A DNA stretch of 64,000 nucleotides from a virus, in IMG/VR virus record IMGVR_UViG_3300048074_000027, positions 676-64,675 of that record. One strand, given 5' to 3'. Positions 17,578-29,395 of the stretch are shown one piece after another. The notes under the pieces were generated by a model, which was not told where the DNA came from, made no database searches, and saw nothing but the letters and a program-made list of their open reading frames with translations. The first letter of the stretch is position 1. Each line of letters opens with the position of its first letter. The translations under genes were made by a program, and so were the position numbers.

Positions 17578-17913
17578 CTATGTAATTCGGTTTACCACGC
17601 CAGCAATATTGATGACATTTGTTGAAGATGCGAACGCTTTCAGCAGAAGACTATTTGTAAGCTGAATCGCGGGAAGTTCAACAATGCTTTTTGCCGGAAT
17701 CGTAATCTTTAGTTGGTCGCTCGTTGATGTGCCGCCGTGCTCAAGCGTCAAGTCACGGTCTGACGTGTCAATGTTGGACGCGACAATCAGAATTTCATCT
17801 AGGGATGTCGCGTGCGCTGTATGAATCGTTGTGCCGGGTGAGCTTGTTGCAGCAACGGCAACCGGACGCCCGTTGGTTGAAGCAGATAAATTGACTCTTG
17901 TAAAAGTGGCCAT
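17578..17913 (-). CDS. Small virion structural protein
   Basis: Beta-rich; synteny. Confidence 0.6.
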   Translation of the reverse strand: MATFTRVNLSASTNGRPVAVAATSSPGTTIHTAHATSLDEILIVASNIDTSDRDLTLEHGGTSTSDQLKITIPAKSIVELPAIQLTNSLLLKAFASSTNVINIAGVVNRIT

Positions 17914-17927
17914 AAATTCCCCTTTGT

Positions 17928-20639
17928 CTATTCAAAGACTTCTACACCTAACTGATCCCATCCCGTAACCGAATCCGAAGCGTATACGCTCTCAAAAACT
18001 CGCGCCGGAAGTATCCATTCTGAGTTTCCGAATGAAGTCGGGTCTACCCTGTAGACATATCGCTGCCAGGGATACAAGCTCCGGTTGCCGTCTCGCATCG
18101 CGTAGAAGTCAAGTCGCAAGCGAGCCGAGAGTGTCGCCGATCCTAAATCCGACAATTCATCCGCGTTTGTGTAAGTATAAGTGAGTGTAGAAAGCCCTGT
18201 CACGTTTCGCAGCAGCACAGGCGTTGATGGTGCAGCATTATAAATGTCAATCTCCCACGTAACGCCCGCCTCTGCCGCGTCCGTCGCCGCTGATTGCTTG
18301 AAAAGCTCAAGCGCGGTCAGCCGGGAATGCTCGCGCCACGTAAACACAAGGTCGCCTGTATCCTGTTGTTCATTCGTATAACTGCCGCCAAGCCTCACAT
18401 AATGCGGCGGCAACGGTCTGAGCGCCCGGCTGTCTACAGTATGGGCAAAGTTCGTCGCTTCGTCCGTCCGCAATTGATCTCGCATCGTGCGCGTGAGGGC
18501 TTCAAAGGTAATGGCCTGCCCGTCCGTCAAAGGCGTTCCGAACAAAGCCGAGCCGACATTGAAGAACCATACCCGGTCGCCCAGCGTCCACGTTCGTGGC
18601 GGCGTGTCGAGAAGCCCGCGCCAAATGTTATCAAGCGTCACCGATCCATCGAGATTGTCCGTCACAGATTCAAACGCAATCCATTCGTGCTCCGCGCCCG
18701 GATCGCCAATCAGCGCCAAGCCCGCGCCCTGTGTGGCAATTGTGGTAGACGTTCCGGCTTCGATCAAATCCGCGTCCGTTGCAATGTTTTCAACATCAAA
18801 GCCCGCTGTGTTGTAGTCCGTGCCGGAAAGCTGGTCTAGGTTCGCGGCCAATGTCCCGGTTGGCGTGAAGTCAGTCGAGAGCGCGGCGTCATCTTCGTTG
18901 GCATTCAGTAAGCCAGTGTAATCAATATGCGTTGCGTCCGGTCGCTCAGCCACGCCAAACACACGCGGCACGTCGTCGCGCTGAAACCAATAGGGAAGTT
19001 CGCCAACGTCACCTTCCGGCACATCGTCCGCTTCGCCGCCTAACGGGTCAGTCCAAACGGTTGACGTGGTTGGTGCATAGGTTGCGGAACCAACGGCAAA
19101 CACATCCTCAACAGCGGAAATCGTAATCGTACCTTCAAGCAATGTGCCGAGCGTCATTGTCGTGATTCGCATTACCATGTCAGTAATGCCTTGCTCTGGC
19201 CAACTGAACTTGAACACACTGGCCGGGTGCAGTTGCCACGCTTTGCGGTCAATTGTGCCTTTGAGCCGTGCGAGCGGCGTTGAAACTACCCGCCCTTCGC
19301 GTGCTGCAAGGCGATTCGCAAGCAGAAACGACGGACAACCGCGAAAGGTAATCTCTGCCGGGTCTGACGCGCCTTGAATTTGGTAATTCGCCGGGTTGCG
19401 CCACGTCGCGGTATTCATTTCGTAATCAACTTTCGATTGGTCTGGGAAAGAAACGCGCACTTCGCTTTTTGTGTCTCGCCAACTGCCCCGCGTAAAGCTT
19501 TGAATCTCGATAAAATCATCATTGCTGAGGCTGGGAAGGCTCCCAATCGAATAATCCGCCCGTGCCAGTGTCAGCTTAATCAATCCGCTTGCCGGGTCTG
19601 TCCAGAGCACGGCGTCAACATAGCGCAGGATTTCCGCGAGCATTTCCTCAACCGGCGATGCAGACGACCAGACGTAGGAAAAGGCCATCCCCTCAAGATG
19701 ACATTCCACCGCCGCGCTGGTAAAAGTGTCTGGCTGCCCGCCTGCTGTGCCTGTGTAGAGGTGCGCTTCTGCGATGCCTGCGCCAAAGAGCGGCGAGATA
19801 AGGCATTCGTACAAGGCTTCTATCGGATTGGCGTGTACGTAAGAGTCAATTGGCGGCGAATCCCCAAACGGAACGTCGCTAACTTCATTGGCGACAATGC
19901 CGTGCGTCAATAATCGCGGAAAGCGCGCAACCTTGAAAGCAATTGGCCACAATCGCGGCGCATTGCCAATCATCCCCGATTTCTTGCCGCCAAAACTTGG
20001 CGAAAGATTGCCGAAGCTCGGCCCGTGCCAAACGAAGTAGCACACGTCTTTATAATCCGGCATCGTGACGCCGCGCTGTGCTGCCCAGTAAGCGTTGGGC
20101 AATTGGTCGCTCGCGCTCGGCAACACAATATCCATTCCGGTGTACCAATAGCCCTCGACGCGGACGCCGCCCTCTTTCTTTTCTTCGCCAAACAATGTCG
20201 GCTTGTTGATGATGACCGGATCATCCGCGCCGTTGTACAACCCTTGCCCGTTGGTGACGGGCGGGCTTGATGCGGGTAGCCACGCAGAACGGTTGTCAAT
20301 CAGGATTTCAAGCAGTTTCGTCCCTTTGGCGGTTGGTTGCTGCGTCGTTCCGAAGCAGAGGCCGAATACCATCCCGATGAAGTATTTGTAGCCGATGGTG
20401 GTTTTCGTGATGAAGAATGTTGCGGGATTCTGGATCGTGATTTTTTCAGACTTGAAATCGAAGTAGTCAATCAGGAATGGGTCTTTGATAAGGCAGCGGC
20501 CAAACGCCACGGGAATCGGCGTTGATGCGTCTACGTGCGGCAAATCCAGCTTCTTTTCCGGCTTCGCGTTCTTGTTCGTTAGCAGTCCGGAAAGAATCTG
20601 CAAGCCGACTTGAATCAATAAAAGATAAAACCACGCCAT
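17928..20639 (-). CDS. Tail tip / baseplate hub protein (Phage-tail_3-like)
   Basis: Size, TPIPVAFG motif, position after the BR0599-like gene. Confidence 0.8.
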   Translation of the reverse strand: MAWFYLLLIQVGLQILSGLLTNKNAKPEKKLDLPHVDASTPIPVAFGRCLIKDPFLIDYFDFKSEKITIQNPATFFITKTTIGYKYFIGMVFGLCFGTTQQPTAKGTKLLEILIDNRSAWLPASSPPVTNGQGLYNGADDPVIINKPTLFGEEKKEGGVRVEGYWYTGMDIVLPSASDQLPNAYWAAQRGVTMPDYKDVCYFVWHGPSFGNLSPSFGGKKSGMIGNAPRLWPIAFKVARFPRLLTHGIVANEVSDVPFGDSPPIDSYVHANPIEALYECLISPLFGAGIAEAHLYTGTAGGQPDTFTSAAVECHLEGMAFSYVWSSASPVEEMLAEILRYVDAVLWTDPASGLIKLTLARADYSIGSLPSLSNDDFIEIQSFTRGSWRDTKSEVRVSFPDQSKVDYEMNTATWRNPANYQIQGASDPAEITFRGCPSFLLANRLAAREGRVVSTPLARLKGTIDRKAWQLHPASVFKFSWPEQGITDMVMRITTMTLGTLLEGTITISAVEDVFAVGSATYAPTTSTVWTDPLGGEADDVPEGDVGELPYWFQRDDVPRVFGVAERPDATHIDYTGLLNANEDDAALSTDFTPTGTLAANLDQLSGTDYNTAGFDVENIATDADLIEAGTSTTIATQGAGLALIGDPGAEHEWIAFESVTDNLDGSVTLDNIWRGLLDTPPRTWTLGDRVWFFNVGSALFGTPLTDGQAITFEALTRTMRDQLRTDEATNFAHTVDSRALRPLPPHYVRLGGSYTNEQQDTGDLVFTWREHSRLTALELFKQSAATDAAEAGVTWEIDIYNAAPSTPVLLRNVTGLSTLTYTYTNADELSDLGSATLSARLRLDFYAMRDGNRSLYPWQRYVYRVDPTSFGNSEWILPARVFESVYASDSVTGWDQLGVEVFE

Positions 20640-20640
20640 T

Positions 20641-21549
20641 CTATGAACCGCCTCCAAAGAATCCGCCGCCACTGCCGCCGCTCACCTCACCCGGCTGACC
20701 AGCGCCAAGCCCTTGCGTGAAAATGTTCCTGTCCGGCGTCGTGAAAAAGCCGAGAAAGTTCAAGATATTGCCCGTCCCTGAAACGAACGAACCGCCAGAC
20801 GGAAAGAATTTACTGCGGCAAGTCGTGTGCTGACCATCGCATCCCGCCGTAATGTCAATCGTGTCTGAAACCGCCAAGCCATCGAGGTCAAGCAGCAACG
20901 TCAAATCCGCGCCAACGTGCAGTTCAATGTGACGCTTAACGCCTGCCGCGTCCGTGATGTATCCGCCGTTGTAGTATCCGTCCGCGACAACGGGCATCCC
21001 TGTAACTGTGATCGTCAGTCCGGTGACTGCTGAAACCGTCACCGTATCCGTGAAGTCTGCCGGATCAACGCCGCATCGCGTTGAATAGACCTGTAGATTA
21101 CAAGTTGGTTGCCAGCGCATCCACAGGCCAAGCCGTTTCATTTTGCCGATGTTCGGCTGGCAAGTGAGCGTTGCCTCTGATTCTTTCCAAGTGCAGTCTA
21201 AAACCTCGCCTGCAAACCACGTGGTTATTTCCGTGTCTGATTGATGCTTCCGATATACCCAAACCTGGACGCCTTCATCGGGTACGTAGCTTTTGAACAG
21301 GTCGGCAATCGGATTGTCACGCGGCACGATAATTGGAATCGTAAAATCGCCGTGATCTGATACGTGCTCAAGTTCGCCCAATCGAATCGGCGTTGGTGTG
21401 TACGTGCCGTTCTGGTCTGCCGTGCCTGTGGTGAGCGTTTGCGTGGTTGGCGCGGATGTGTAGAGGTACTCCGTTGCGCCGACAAGGAAGCGGAAGTGTT
21501 CGACCAATTGGCCGCTGAATTCGCTTATCTCTACTGAATTGTAAGCCAT
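20641..21549 (-). CDS. DUF2163 / phage BR0599-family tail protein
   Basis: WFAGEV, WQPTC...STRCGVD, ITAGCDG...TCRSKF...NILNFLGF motifs. Confidence 0.8.
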   Translation of the reverse strand: MAYNSVEISEFSGQLVEHFRFLVGATEYLYTSAPTTQTLTTGTADQNGTYTPTPIRLGELEHVSDHGDFTIPIIVPRDNPIADLFKSYVPDEGVQVWVYRKHQSDTEITTWFAGEVLDCTWKESEATLTCQPNIGKMKRLGLWMRWQPTCNLQVYSTRCGVDPADFTDTVTVSAVTGLTITVTGMPVVADGYYNGGYITDAAGVKRHIELHVGADLTLLLDLDGLAVSDTIDITAGCDGQHTTCRSKFFPSGGSFVSGTGNILNFLGFFTTPDRNIFTQGLGAGQPGEVSGGSGGGFFGGGS

Positions 21550-21570
21550 AAGCTATGATAAAATTGAGCT

Positions 21571-21690
21571 ATGAACTCATCGAACTGGTACGGGCTGCTA
21601 TCCGCCGTTGTTTACGCCATCCCTGTGATGGTAATCCTGTTTTTCGCGCTTGATCTGAACGGCGCATTTAACAACAAAGACGGACAATAG
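21571..21690 (+). CDS. 39-aa single-TM protein antisense to the tail operon (absent from ORF track)
   Basis: MNSSNWYGLLSAVVYAIPVMVILFFALDLNGAFNNKDGQ fills the intergenic gap. Confidence 0.5.
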   Translation: MNSSNWYGLLSAVVYAIPVMVILFFALDLNGAFNNKDGQ

Positions 21691-21700
21691 AGACATCGCG

Positions 21701-22933
21701 CTACGGAACCGAGTACATCTCTCGAAACGGTTGCTTCGTGACAGCGATGCACGTATTCTTCCAAGCTATCTCTACCGTGTCACTCTCCATCCGGCAAAAG
21801 CGGAGAAAGCTGACGCGAATCAAATTCTTATCTTCCTCATACACGAAATTCAGCGGGCAATTGATCGTTTCCGTTCCGTCGCCATTGTTTGTTGCCGCAG
21901 TGATTCGCACGCGCTGATGATGCCCCTGCGCGTACACCTGACCTTGTGCCAGATAGATAATCGCAATGTCTTTGCGCCCGCTTGCCGCATCAATCCAATC
22001 CGCATAGCCGTTTGCTTCGTAGTCAATCGCACCGCTGACGCCGTTCGTAATCGTGACAGGCTGAAAATCCTTTTCCCACGACGGCATCCAAAAGGGAACG
22101 CGCCGCCCTTGCCGACGATCCAAGAATCCCCACCACTCGCTAATTTGCGTCCGGTTCGCAAACTTCTGCGCGTAAGGAATCAACAGCGTTGGCGTTGGTC
22201 GTGCGCCCGTATCCAGCGCGACAGCGCCCGTCTGTGCGTCAATAATTGCGTAGCTTTGGTCATATCCGAAATCAAGATCATCTGACGCTTCGGTTGATGT
22301 TGGCACAGTCGGAAATTCAAACGTGTCACGGCTCAAATACTGTGTTGGCGAAAGCGCTGTGATTCGATTCGTTGAATAGCTCGCTTCATCAATTTCAAAT
22401 ATCAGCTTGTACGGCCTTAGATTGTGCGCGATTTGCGTTCCCTGCATTTGCTGCGTCAATCTGCCGAGGCGGGCAGGCGCGACAATGGTTCCGATTGGCC
22501 ACGTTGAAACAAGATTCTCTTCAAGTGTCAGAGTTGTCGAGTTCAGGCTATCAATCGCCACGACTTCATAGCTTGAAGGCGAACGCCAGAGAATCACGTA
22601 ACCGTTCGTGTCGTAGTCATAAGTGACTGTGTTGACCGTCACCGTTGCCGTTCCGCTTGTCGCCGCTGTCGTCAGCCGTTGCGCGTCCGTCCAAATCGGC
22701 ACAATCATCGCTTCGTCAGACTTGCCCCAAAGGAAGTTTTCAAGCCGGGTTTGCAACACCTGCGATTGCGGTAATACCGAATACTCAAACATCCGGCGCG
22801 GGTACAATCGCGGCTGCCTGCGCTGTTCTGAGCCGTCGCGGTGCGCCATTACGTCCGTCAGCCAAGACAGTCGTTCGATAACGTCATCTGCCCAATTTTG
22901 AGGGAACGAAAATGTTGAGCCTGCCCATGCCAA
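21701..22933 (-). CDS. Distal tail (Dit-like) protein
   Basis: WLTDV...GSEQRR...PRRMFEY; GRRVPFWMPSW; follows tape measure. Confidence 0.75.
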   Translation of the reverse strand: MAWAGSTFSFPQNWADDVIERLSWLTDVMAHRDGSEQRRQPRLYPRRMFEYSVLPQSQVLQTRLENFLWGKSDEAMIVPIWTDAQRLTTAATSGTATVTVNTVTYDYDTNGYVILWRSPSSYEVVAIDSLNSTTLTLEENLVSTWPIGTIVAPARLGRLTQQMQGTQIAHNLRPYKLIFEIDEASYSTNRITALSPTQYLSRDTFEFPTVPTSTEASDDLDFGYDQSYAIIDAQTGAVALDTGARPTPTLLIPYAQKFANRTQISEWWGFLDRRQGRRVPFWMPSWEKDFQPVTITNGVSGAIDYEANGYADWIDAASGRKDIAIIYLAQGQVYAQGHHQRVRITAATNNGDGTETINCPLNFVYEEDKNLIRVSFLRFCRMESDTVEIAWKNTCIAVTKQPFREMYSVP

Positions 22934-22950
22934 TGATTTATAATTCCTTT

Positions 22951-23160
22951 ATGTTGACTGAACCAAACTCTCGGAACATTCCGCCCGCCGATGCACTATT
23001 AAGCGCGTTGCAGGATTTTAGTGAATTCACCGGATTTGACCTCGCGCCGGATACGTTAGAGCGCGTAGAGGAATATCGGCAATCCGGCAATGAAGAAGTT
23101 GTATGGGGAACCATCACAACTGATCTCGTTGACGATCTAATTAAAATCATTCCGCTTTAA
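22951..23160 (+). CDS. Small acidic protein antisense to the tail operon
   Basis: ORF fills the gap; AT-rich upstream. Confidence 0.45.
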   Translation: MLTEPNSRNIPPADALLSALQDFSEFTGFDLAPDTLERVEEYRQSGNEEVVWGTITTDLVDDLIKIIPL

Positions 23161-23784
23161 GCCTCCCTTACCGGCAGCATCCAGTAGCCGCTTTCTTCCG
23201 TTGGCGGAACGATGTCGTCTGAAACAAAAAACACCGTCTCGCCATACCGCACAAAAAGCGCATTCGGCAACGCAAGTTCATCTTCCAAATCTTTCGGAAT
23301 GACCAAAAACACAACCTGTGTGTTGTTGTTGATTGCGCTTTTCGACCAGCCTTGTGCAAGAGTAATCGGCGATTCGTCGCCGCAATCAATTTTGATTGTT
23401 GACGGCGCACCTTGCGAGGCGCGAAAGCCGGTGAGCGTGTCCATCACGTTTTGTAAAGCTTCTGCTTTGGTCATATCTTCAGTGCTAATTCGTGCCTTTT
23501 AACCCGCATTCTTCGATCCATCCGTATTGCCCAAAAACAGGATGAGGCTTGCGGGATTCATCCTTCGCAGCGTGATAAACGCATAATCCGTTCGCCCTCT
23601 CTTCTGTCTTTAGGCACTTATAAAGGCAGACCTGACAAGTGCTCGTTTCAAATAAAAGATGGCCTTCGCCGAAGTCAATTGGCGCAACGGCGGTTGTGAC
23701 TATTAACCCGTTTACGATTGACACTTCAGGAAGTGCGGTAATATCTACGTCAACTATTATTTCTTCTGTGCGTAAAAGTGCCAT
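23157..23784 (-). CDS. Two hypothetical genes between tape measure and Dit (23157..23474, 23485..23784)
   Basis: ORF track. Confidence 0.5.
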
Positions 23785-23786
23785 AA

Positions 23787-26700
23787 TTATACCTTCAAAG
23801 CCGCTCGCCACTTGGCAGGACTTTTCACAATTCGATTCAAGATTACTTGCTCACCCGCCGCGCTGTTCAGGAACTCTTCAGCCTGCGCCGGGTCGCTCAC
23901 ATTGATGATCCGCAAGCTTTGCGCGCCGCCAGATGCAGGCGCAGCGACGGGCGCGACTGCCGCCAAGCCGCCCGATGCGAACGCGCCGGAACGCGCACGG
24001 ACAGAGATATTCGACAGGCCGGAAAGGTAATCGCCAATTGCGGCAGGACTCAATGAACCGCGACGAATTGCCTCAAAGAAGGATGCGCCAAACTCGCTCA
24101 CACGCTGCGCCGGAATGACGTATTCGCCCGCGTGAACAATGCCCGCTGGCTGGTACTTCGCGCCGTCGCCTGTGTAGCCGCCTTCAGCAAAGCCCGCTGC
24201 CGCTGGCGGTTTTGCGCCGCCTAGGCCAATTGAGCCAAGAATCGAACTAATGCCGCCAATGATGGCCGAAAAAACAGACTTGATGCCGTTGCCGATGCTC
24301 GTTCCGATGGATTTTAGCCCATTGGCGAACTTTTCAAACGCGCCTTTGACTTTATCAAAGAAGCCGTTGAGTGCGCTTTGCGGCCCTGTCACTTCTGCCG
24401 CCGCATCCGCCCCGGCATCGCCGCCTAATCCAATAAGATCAAGCGCGGAGCTTTGCGCGCCCGCTGGAAAGAGCGTGCCTGATACGCCATTGACAGCGCT
24501 CGCTGACGTATTCGCCACAAGCGCGGCAGTATTGGCGATGGTTGCCGCCGTGTTGCTGTCCGTCGAAACCGTTGCGGCCAAATCAGCCGGGTCAAGCGTC
24601 TTGATGCCGAGAACTTTATCGAGAAACGCATTGCTGATTGGCGCAATAATGGATTTTTCGATTCTGTCACTCAAGGCGCGTGCAATAGCCTTGCGGAACG
24701 AATCAAGCACGCCGGTTGCGAAGTCACGCAAGCCTTCAAGGCTAAACCGGGCATTGGCGATGAAGTCACTAAATGCGCCGGAAAGATCATTTTCAAGGCC
24801 GTTGCGAATCTGCGCAAAAATCGGGTCAACGCCAATCTGGTCAAGCGCCTTCCGTCTGACTTCAAGCTGCAAGACTTCCGGCGATGCTGCGCCCGTCAAA
24901 GATGCCTGCGCTGCAATCTGCCGGTCTAGGCGCTCTTTTTCGACTTTCGCAAACGCCTGTTGAATTGCAAGTATCTGCTTTCGCGCTGCAATTTCACCTA
25001 TCAGCCCTTGCTCAAGCTGGTTTTGGATTTCCACGCGGGCAAAATCAAATTCCGCTTGCCGTGTCGAGCCTTCGCGCTCAATTTGCCGGATGCTCGCGTC
25101 CGTTCGTAAGGCATCTTTCAGTGCTTCGATTGCCGCAACCTGTGGCGAGCCTTTGCCGAATTCCAGAATTGCCCGTGCTATCAAATCCCTGAACCGCTTA
25201 TCAATATCCGCTGCCGCTGCCTCAAAGCCTTGCCCGCCAATTTCAAGCAACTGATTTGAAACATCTTCGATTTCACTTTGTAGACCGCGAAGGGCATCAA
25301 TTCGTTTGCGGATGTTTTGATCCGCCTGCGTTGCGCCTTTTGTTTGTTCAGCGGCAAGTTTCGTTTCAAGTTCGACGATTTCCGCAAGAATCTTGATTCG
25401 CTCGGCTTCCGCATCGTTTGACACCTTTGCCTTTTGCGCCGGGTTCTTGGCGAGCGTTAGTTGTTTCGATTCGCGGGCATTGATTTCTTCAATCCGCTGA
25501 CGTTGCGCCGCAACCTGATCCTGTATGGCCTTCTGTTCGCGGGCATTATCTTCCGCAATCAGCTTGGCTTTTTCGGCGTAGAAGTTTTCAAGGCTAATTT
25601 GCCGGTCATCCAATTGGCGCTCAAGAATCTCCGTTTGCTGCTCGGATTCCGCTTTCGATAAAGCAATCTCGCGTTCGCTAAAGGCTTTTGCCAATGTAAG
25701 CCGGGCTTCCTGTAATTTCTCTTCTGAGGCCAAAATTGCTTTTGCATCGGCATTTGTTTTTGCTTTGTCTTTTTCCTTCTGTTTGTCCGGCGGCGTCAGT
25801 GTTGTGTTGCCGCCCGTCAGGGATTTGCTGAAGCCTCTCGCCTCTCGCTTGAACTTCGCAGCCAGCGGAGCATTTGCAATATCAAGCAAGGCTTCGCGCC
25901 CGGCTTTGCCGAAGTTTCGCACCGTATCCACAACCGCCGCGCCATTGTTCTTAACCGCCGATGCGAGTGACGCGCTGGCGTTGTTCAGGATCGTGGCCAC
26001 ATTCTGCGCCGCCGCGCCAAGTCCAGGTACAAACGACAATACAACCGCAATCGCATTGACAGCGGCGCGCAAGGGCTGAATGAGCGCCAAGCCAATGGCC
26101 GCGCCAACCGTGATGACGGCGGAGCGAACGAGAAACAACGTTTCCCGAATGGCGGCAATCGAGAATGCAACCACCTTCAGAATCGCGGCAACGCTGCTTA
26201 ATTGACTGCCCCAATCAGCGGAAATGCCAATCGTCTTGAACAGGTCAGAAACGATGCCGACGATTTGCTCCGCAATGATTTCTACCGCTTCAAAAAGCTG
26301 GTCAATGACAGGCTGGTTATCCGAAAGGAATTTGGAAATCTGCCTGATGCCGTCAATGATAAACGTAATGACGCGCTCTGCCGCCGTGCCTACACGGTCG
26401 AAGATTTCCGTCAGCGTATCGGCAATGCCCGCAAAGGCCGGGGCAATCTTGACCTTGCCGCCCGCTGTCGTGAAGATTTGCGGCAAAAGTTCATTGACCT
26501 TCGTTCGCAGCGACGTGAACAGCCCTTCGGAGACTTGCGCGGCAAGCACAGTTCCGGCTTCGCGGAGGTTCGACTTTGCCGCCTCAAACGTCTGCGCCAT
26601 CAATGCGCCGGTTGCCGCTGCTACACGAAGCTTTTCATTCAAGAATTCGGCAAAGGTTCCGGCTTCTTTCGCCGCTTTGACTTGTTCGCGAGTAATTTGT

Positions 26701-27890
26701 AGGGCTTTCGCAACCTGCGTATCGTTGTTGATTTCACCGCTGAAGATTGCGCGCAATTCCTGCCCAAGCTGTTCTGTCTGGCCTGTGAGCGGCCCTACCA
26801 ATTGCGCCAAATCTACAACCGTCTTGCGAATCTGATCCAGGTTCAGCCCAGCGGCAAGTCCCGGCCCCACGGCTTGTAAGAAGCCTTTCGAGATTTCTTC
26901 AAACGTCAAGGCAGTGCTGAGCGCATCCACGCGCAAGGCGTCAAGCTGCTTCTGTGCAATCGGCAGTGCAGCATTCAGCGCGTCAATACCTTTGAGTTGT
27001 ACGCCGTTCTGATTGAGCTTGCCGACAGAAGCGATAACGGACGCGATGCCAAGCCGCGTCTGCTCAAAGCCTGCGTTGGCCGTAATGCCGCGCTCGCCAA
27101 TTTCAATCAGCACATTGACCAATTGCTGACCAATGGCAACGACGCCAGCCAAGCCCAGCCCGGCAGCGACAAGGCCGCTGATAGCGACGGTAGCAATACC
27201 CGCTGAAGCTGTAATCCCGCCAAAGACGTTGCCAGCGTTGCCCGCTGCGCCAAAGAAAGATTGAATTGCGCCGCCTGTCCGACCAAGCAAGGGCGACAAT
27301 CCGTTTAGGCCATTGGTAATCTGGCGAATCGCGCCAATTAGCGGCGAATTTTCATAGTTTGTCGTGAGGTAGGTTTTTTGTAGCTCCGCACGAATAGCCG
27401 CAAGTGAGCTTGGATTTGTCGCCTTTGCCAGCGCATCTGTCAGGGTTTTGATTGCGCCGGGCGTGTTGCCTGCAATCTGCTGAAGCCGAGCGATTGCCCG
27501 CGCTTCATTGAGCATTGCTGTCTCAGACTTCCCGGCAGCGGTTGCTGCGCGGGCTTCAACGCCAACGAGTTGCGTGCGTGCGCGAATCGCGGCGATTGTC
27601 CCTTGATTGACTTGACCAATCGCGTTTCTGAGCCGGATTGCCGCTGCGCCGATTTTGCCCTGTGATTCGAGCAACCGCGCCTCGGCAGAGGCAAGGGCAA
27701 GCGTCGCCTTTTCCTGCTTCTCAATCTCTGACGTGACGGCTTTTGCATTCGCAGCGGCCTTCGTAGATGCGCCCGTTACGTTCACATCGCCAGAGACAGC
27801 CTTCAATCGCTTCAACGAATCGGCAAGCTTATTGATTTGCTCCGCGCCCTTGAGCAAGACCGCAATGTCAATTGTAAGTTTGCTTGCCAT
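23787..27890 (-). CDS. Tail tape measure protein
   Basis: 1367 aa, Ala/Gly-rich helical, C-terminal [11 protein letters not shown]...[10 protein letters not shown] motif. Confidence 0.9.
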   Translation of the reverse strand: MASKLTIDIAVLLKGAEQINKLADSLKRLKAVSGDVNVTGASTKAAANAKAVTSEIEKQEKATLALASAEARLLESQGKIGAAAIRLRNAIGQVNQGTIAAIRARTQLVGVEARAATAAGKSETAMLNEARAIARLQQIAGNTPGAIKTLTDALAKATNPSSLAAIRAELQKTYLTTNYENSPLIGAIRQITNGLNGLSPLLGRTGGAIQSFFGAAGNAGNVFGGITASAGIATVAISGLVAAGLGLAGVVAIGQQLVNVLIEIGERGITANAGFEQTRLGIASVIASVGKLNQNGVQLKGIDALNAALPIAQKQLDALRVDALSTALTFEEISKGFLQAVGPGLAAGLNLDQIRKTVVDLAQLVGPLTGQTEQLGQELRAIFSGEINNDTQVAKALQITREQVKAAKEAGTFAEFLNEKLRVAAATGALMAQTFEAAKSNLREAGTVLAAQVSEGLFTSLRTKVNELLPQIFTTAGGKVKIAPAFAGIADTLTEIFDRVGTAAERVITFIIDGIRQISKFLSDNQPVIDQLFEAVEIIAEQIVGIVSDLFKTIGISADWGSQLSSVAAILKVVAFSIAAIRETLFLVRSAVITVGAAIGLALIQPLRAAVNAIAVVLSFVPGLGAAAQNVATILNNASASLASAVKNNGAAVVDTVRNFGKAGREALLDIANAPLAAKFKREARGFSKSLTGGNTTLTPPDKQKEKDKAKTNADAKAILASEEKLQEARLTLAKAFSEREIALSKAESEQQTEILERQLDDRQISLENFYAEKAKLIAEDNAREQKAIQDQVAAQRQRIEEINARESKQLTLAKNPAQKAKVSNDAEAERIKILAEIVELETKLAAEQTKGATQADQNIRKRIDALRGLQSEIEDVSNQLLEIGGQGFEAAAADIDKRFRDLIARAILEFGKGSPQVAAIEALKDALRTDASIRQIEREGSTRQAEFDFARVEIQNQLEQGLIGEIAARKQILAIQQAFAKVEKERLDRQIAAQASLTGAASPEVLQLEVRRKALDQIGVDPIFAQIRNGLENDLSGAFSDFIANARFSLEGLRDFATGVLDSFRKAIARALSDRIEKSIIAPISNAFLDKVLGIKTLDPADLAATVSTDSNTAATIANTAALVANTSASAVNGVSGTLFPAGAQSSALDLIGLGGDAGADAAAEVTGPQSALNGFFDKVKGAFEKFANGLKSIGTSIGNGIKSVFSAIIGGISSILGSIGLGGAKPPAAAGFAEGGYTGDGAKYQPAGIVHAGEYVIPAQRVSEFGASFFEAIRRGSLSPAAIGDYLSGLSNISVRARSGAFASGGLAAVAPVAAPASGGAQSLRIINVSDPAQAEEFLNSAAGEQVILNRIVKSPAKWRAALKV

Positions 27891-27891
27891 T

Positions 27892-28233
27892 CTATTTCTT
27901 CATCTTCAAAACGTCATCAACGCTCATCGGCTTCTGCTTGCGCTTCGTCAGATCGTCAATGACGCGCTTAATATCTTGCGGCTTGCCGTGATTGCCGAGA
28001 TTGATTGCGGTAATCAGTCGCGCAAAATGCTCATTCTCGACTTGCTCCGAAGCCTCACACAGCGCAAAAAACTGGCTTAGCTTCATCCTTCGGATTTCAC
28101 CAATCGCAAAACCTCTTCTGTTGAGAGTTGCGATGTGCTTTGCCCACTCGTTGCCGTCGCTTTCGCTGCCGGGGCGAACAGCCCGCTTACGAGTTCGATC
28201 AATTCCGTGAACTGATCCATTTGGGCGAAAAAA
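27892..28233 (-). CDS. Tail assembly chaperone -1 frameshift extension
   Basis: Slippery T TTT TTC at 28233-28227; -1 frame open from just upstream of it to 27892. Confidence 0.7.
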   Translation of the reverse strand, partial: FFRPNGSVHGIDRTRKRAVRPGSESDGNEWAKHIATLNRRGFAIGEIRRMKLSQFFALCEASEQVENEHFARLITAINLGNHGKPQDIKRVIDDLTKRKQKPMSVDDVLKMKK

Positions 28234-28586
28234 CTTTCATTCGCTCCGATAACCGCCGAATACAAAGCCAGCCCATCACCAAGCGGCAGTTTCTTGAACC
28301 ATTCACGCGGCTTGCCTGTTGCCACCATTGCGAATTGGATGCCAACCTCCCCGGATTCCATCAGCATCGCACTGGTCAAATCTTGCGCGGCATCTCTATT
28401 CGCGGTCTTGTCAGCCATTGCTTTCCCAATTAACCCTTTTACCATTCCAAGCAACAGCGGCAACTGTTCAATCTCAAATTCTTCGACCGTCACCGTTTCG
28501 CCGCGCACTGTCACCGTTTTAGACGAAAGGCCGAGCGCAGTCGCCAACGCATCGGCCTCGTTTTTCTTCTGTTTTGTTGCTGCCAT
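28083..28586 (-). CDS. Tail assembly chaperone
   Basis: Between tail tube and tape measure. Confidence 0.8.
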   Translation of the reverse strand: MAATKQKKNEADALATALGLSSKTVTVRGETVTVEEFEIEQLPLLLGMVKGLIGKAMADKTANRDAAQDLTSAMLMESGEVGIQFAMVATGKPREWFKKLPLGDGLALYSAVIGANESFFAQMDQFTELIELVSGLFAPAAKATATSGQSTSQLSTEEVLRLVKSEG

Positions 28587-28624
28587 AAGCTCCCACAAGT
28601 GGCGAGCCGTTTGGCATCGCCGGG

Positions 28625-29395
28625 TTAGGTGATAACGATCAAGCGGCCAAAGTTGCCGAAGTTCGCATCAGTTCCAAGCGTCGCGTCATACAGCGCCGCG
28701 CCGTCCAGTTCCAGGCGTCCAAATTCGTCATTGATAACCGCGAATTCGTTGGCCGGTTGCAGTTGAATGCTGAACAACTCAATGCGGAATTTCGCGTTGC
28801 TGTCCGCCGTGTTGCACAGGTTGAAAACTACATAATAGTTAAGCTGCGCTGTGTTAAAGAACGGATAAATGGTCTGATTGGCATACGTGTAGTCAATCAG
28901 GTACGGCTGCGTGTCGCCGGTCACAGACAGCCATTTAATCAAGCCGTAATCCGCTGATTCAATCGTGTAGTCCGTGTCCAGAACCAGCGTGTTTGGGATC
29001 GGTGAAGCGGAATCCGTCAACGTGACGCTTGAAATGTCCGCGAACTTCGTCCGGCCATACGGCGTGTTGGTCACGGCGAGGCCAGAATCCGGCCCAATCT
29101 GTTCATTTGTAACGGTCGAACCTGTGATGGCAACCGCTGTTGAGCGCAAAGCCAACTGCAAGTTCTTCGTCAGCAGTTCTTCGAGCACGACGCGCAAGTT
29201 GACTCGCTGTTCGGTTTCAAGCTGCCGGTCTGTCAATCGGGAACAAGACGTTGATTCCTTATGGTCAATTGTTTCCGTTTCAAACGAAATGACGACTTCC
29301 GGCGCGTTGCCGACGAAATAAAGCTCGTTCGGTTGCCCGGTTCCCGCGTCCTTCGTGCCGATGTAGCATTTACCCTGAAAGCTGAAATAAGCCAT
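28625..29395 (-). CDS. Major tail tube protein
   Basis: YFSFQGK...VGNAPE...ETIDHKES...INDEFGRLELDG. Confidence 0.85.
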   Translation of the reverse strand: MAYFSFQGKCYIGTKDAGTGQPNELYFVGNAPEVVISFETETIDHKESTSCSRLTDRQLETEQRVNLRVVLEELLTKNLQLALRSTAVAITGSTVTNEQIGPDSGLAVTNTPYGRTKFADISSVTLTDSASPIPNTLVLDTDYTIESADYGLIKWLSVTGDTQPYLIDYTYANQTIYPFFNTAQLNYYVVFNLCNTADSNAKFRIELFSIQLQPANEFAVINDEFGRLELDGAALYDATLGTDANFGNFGRLIVIT

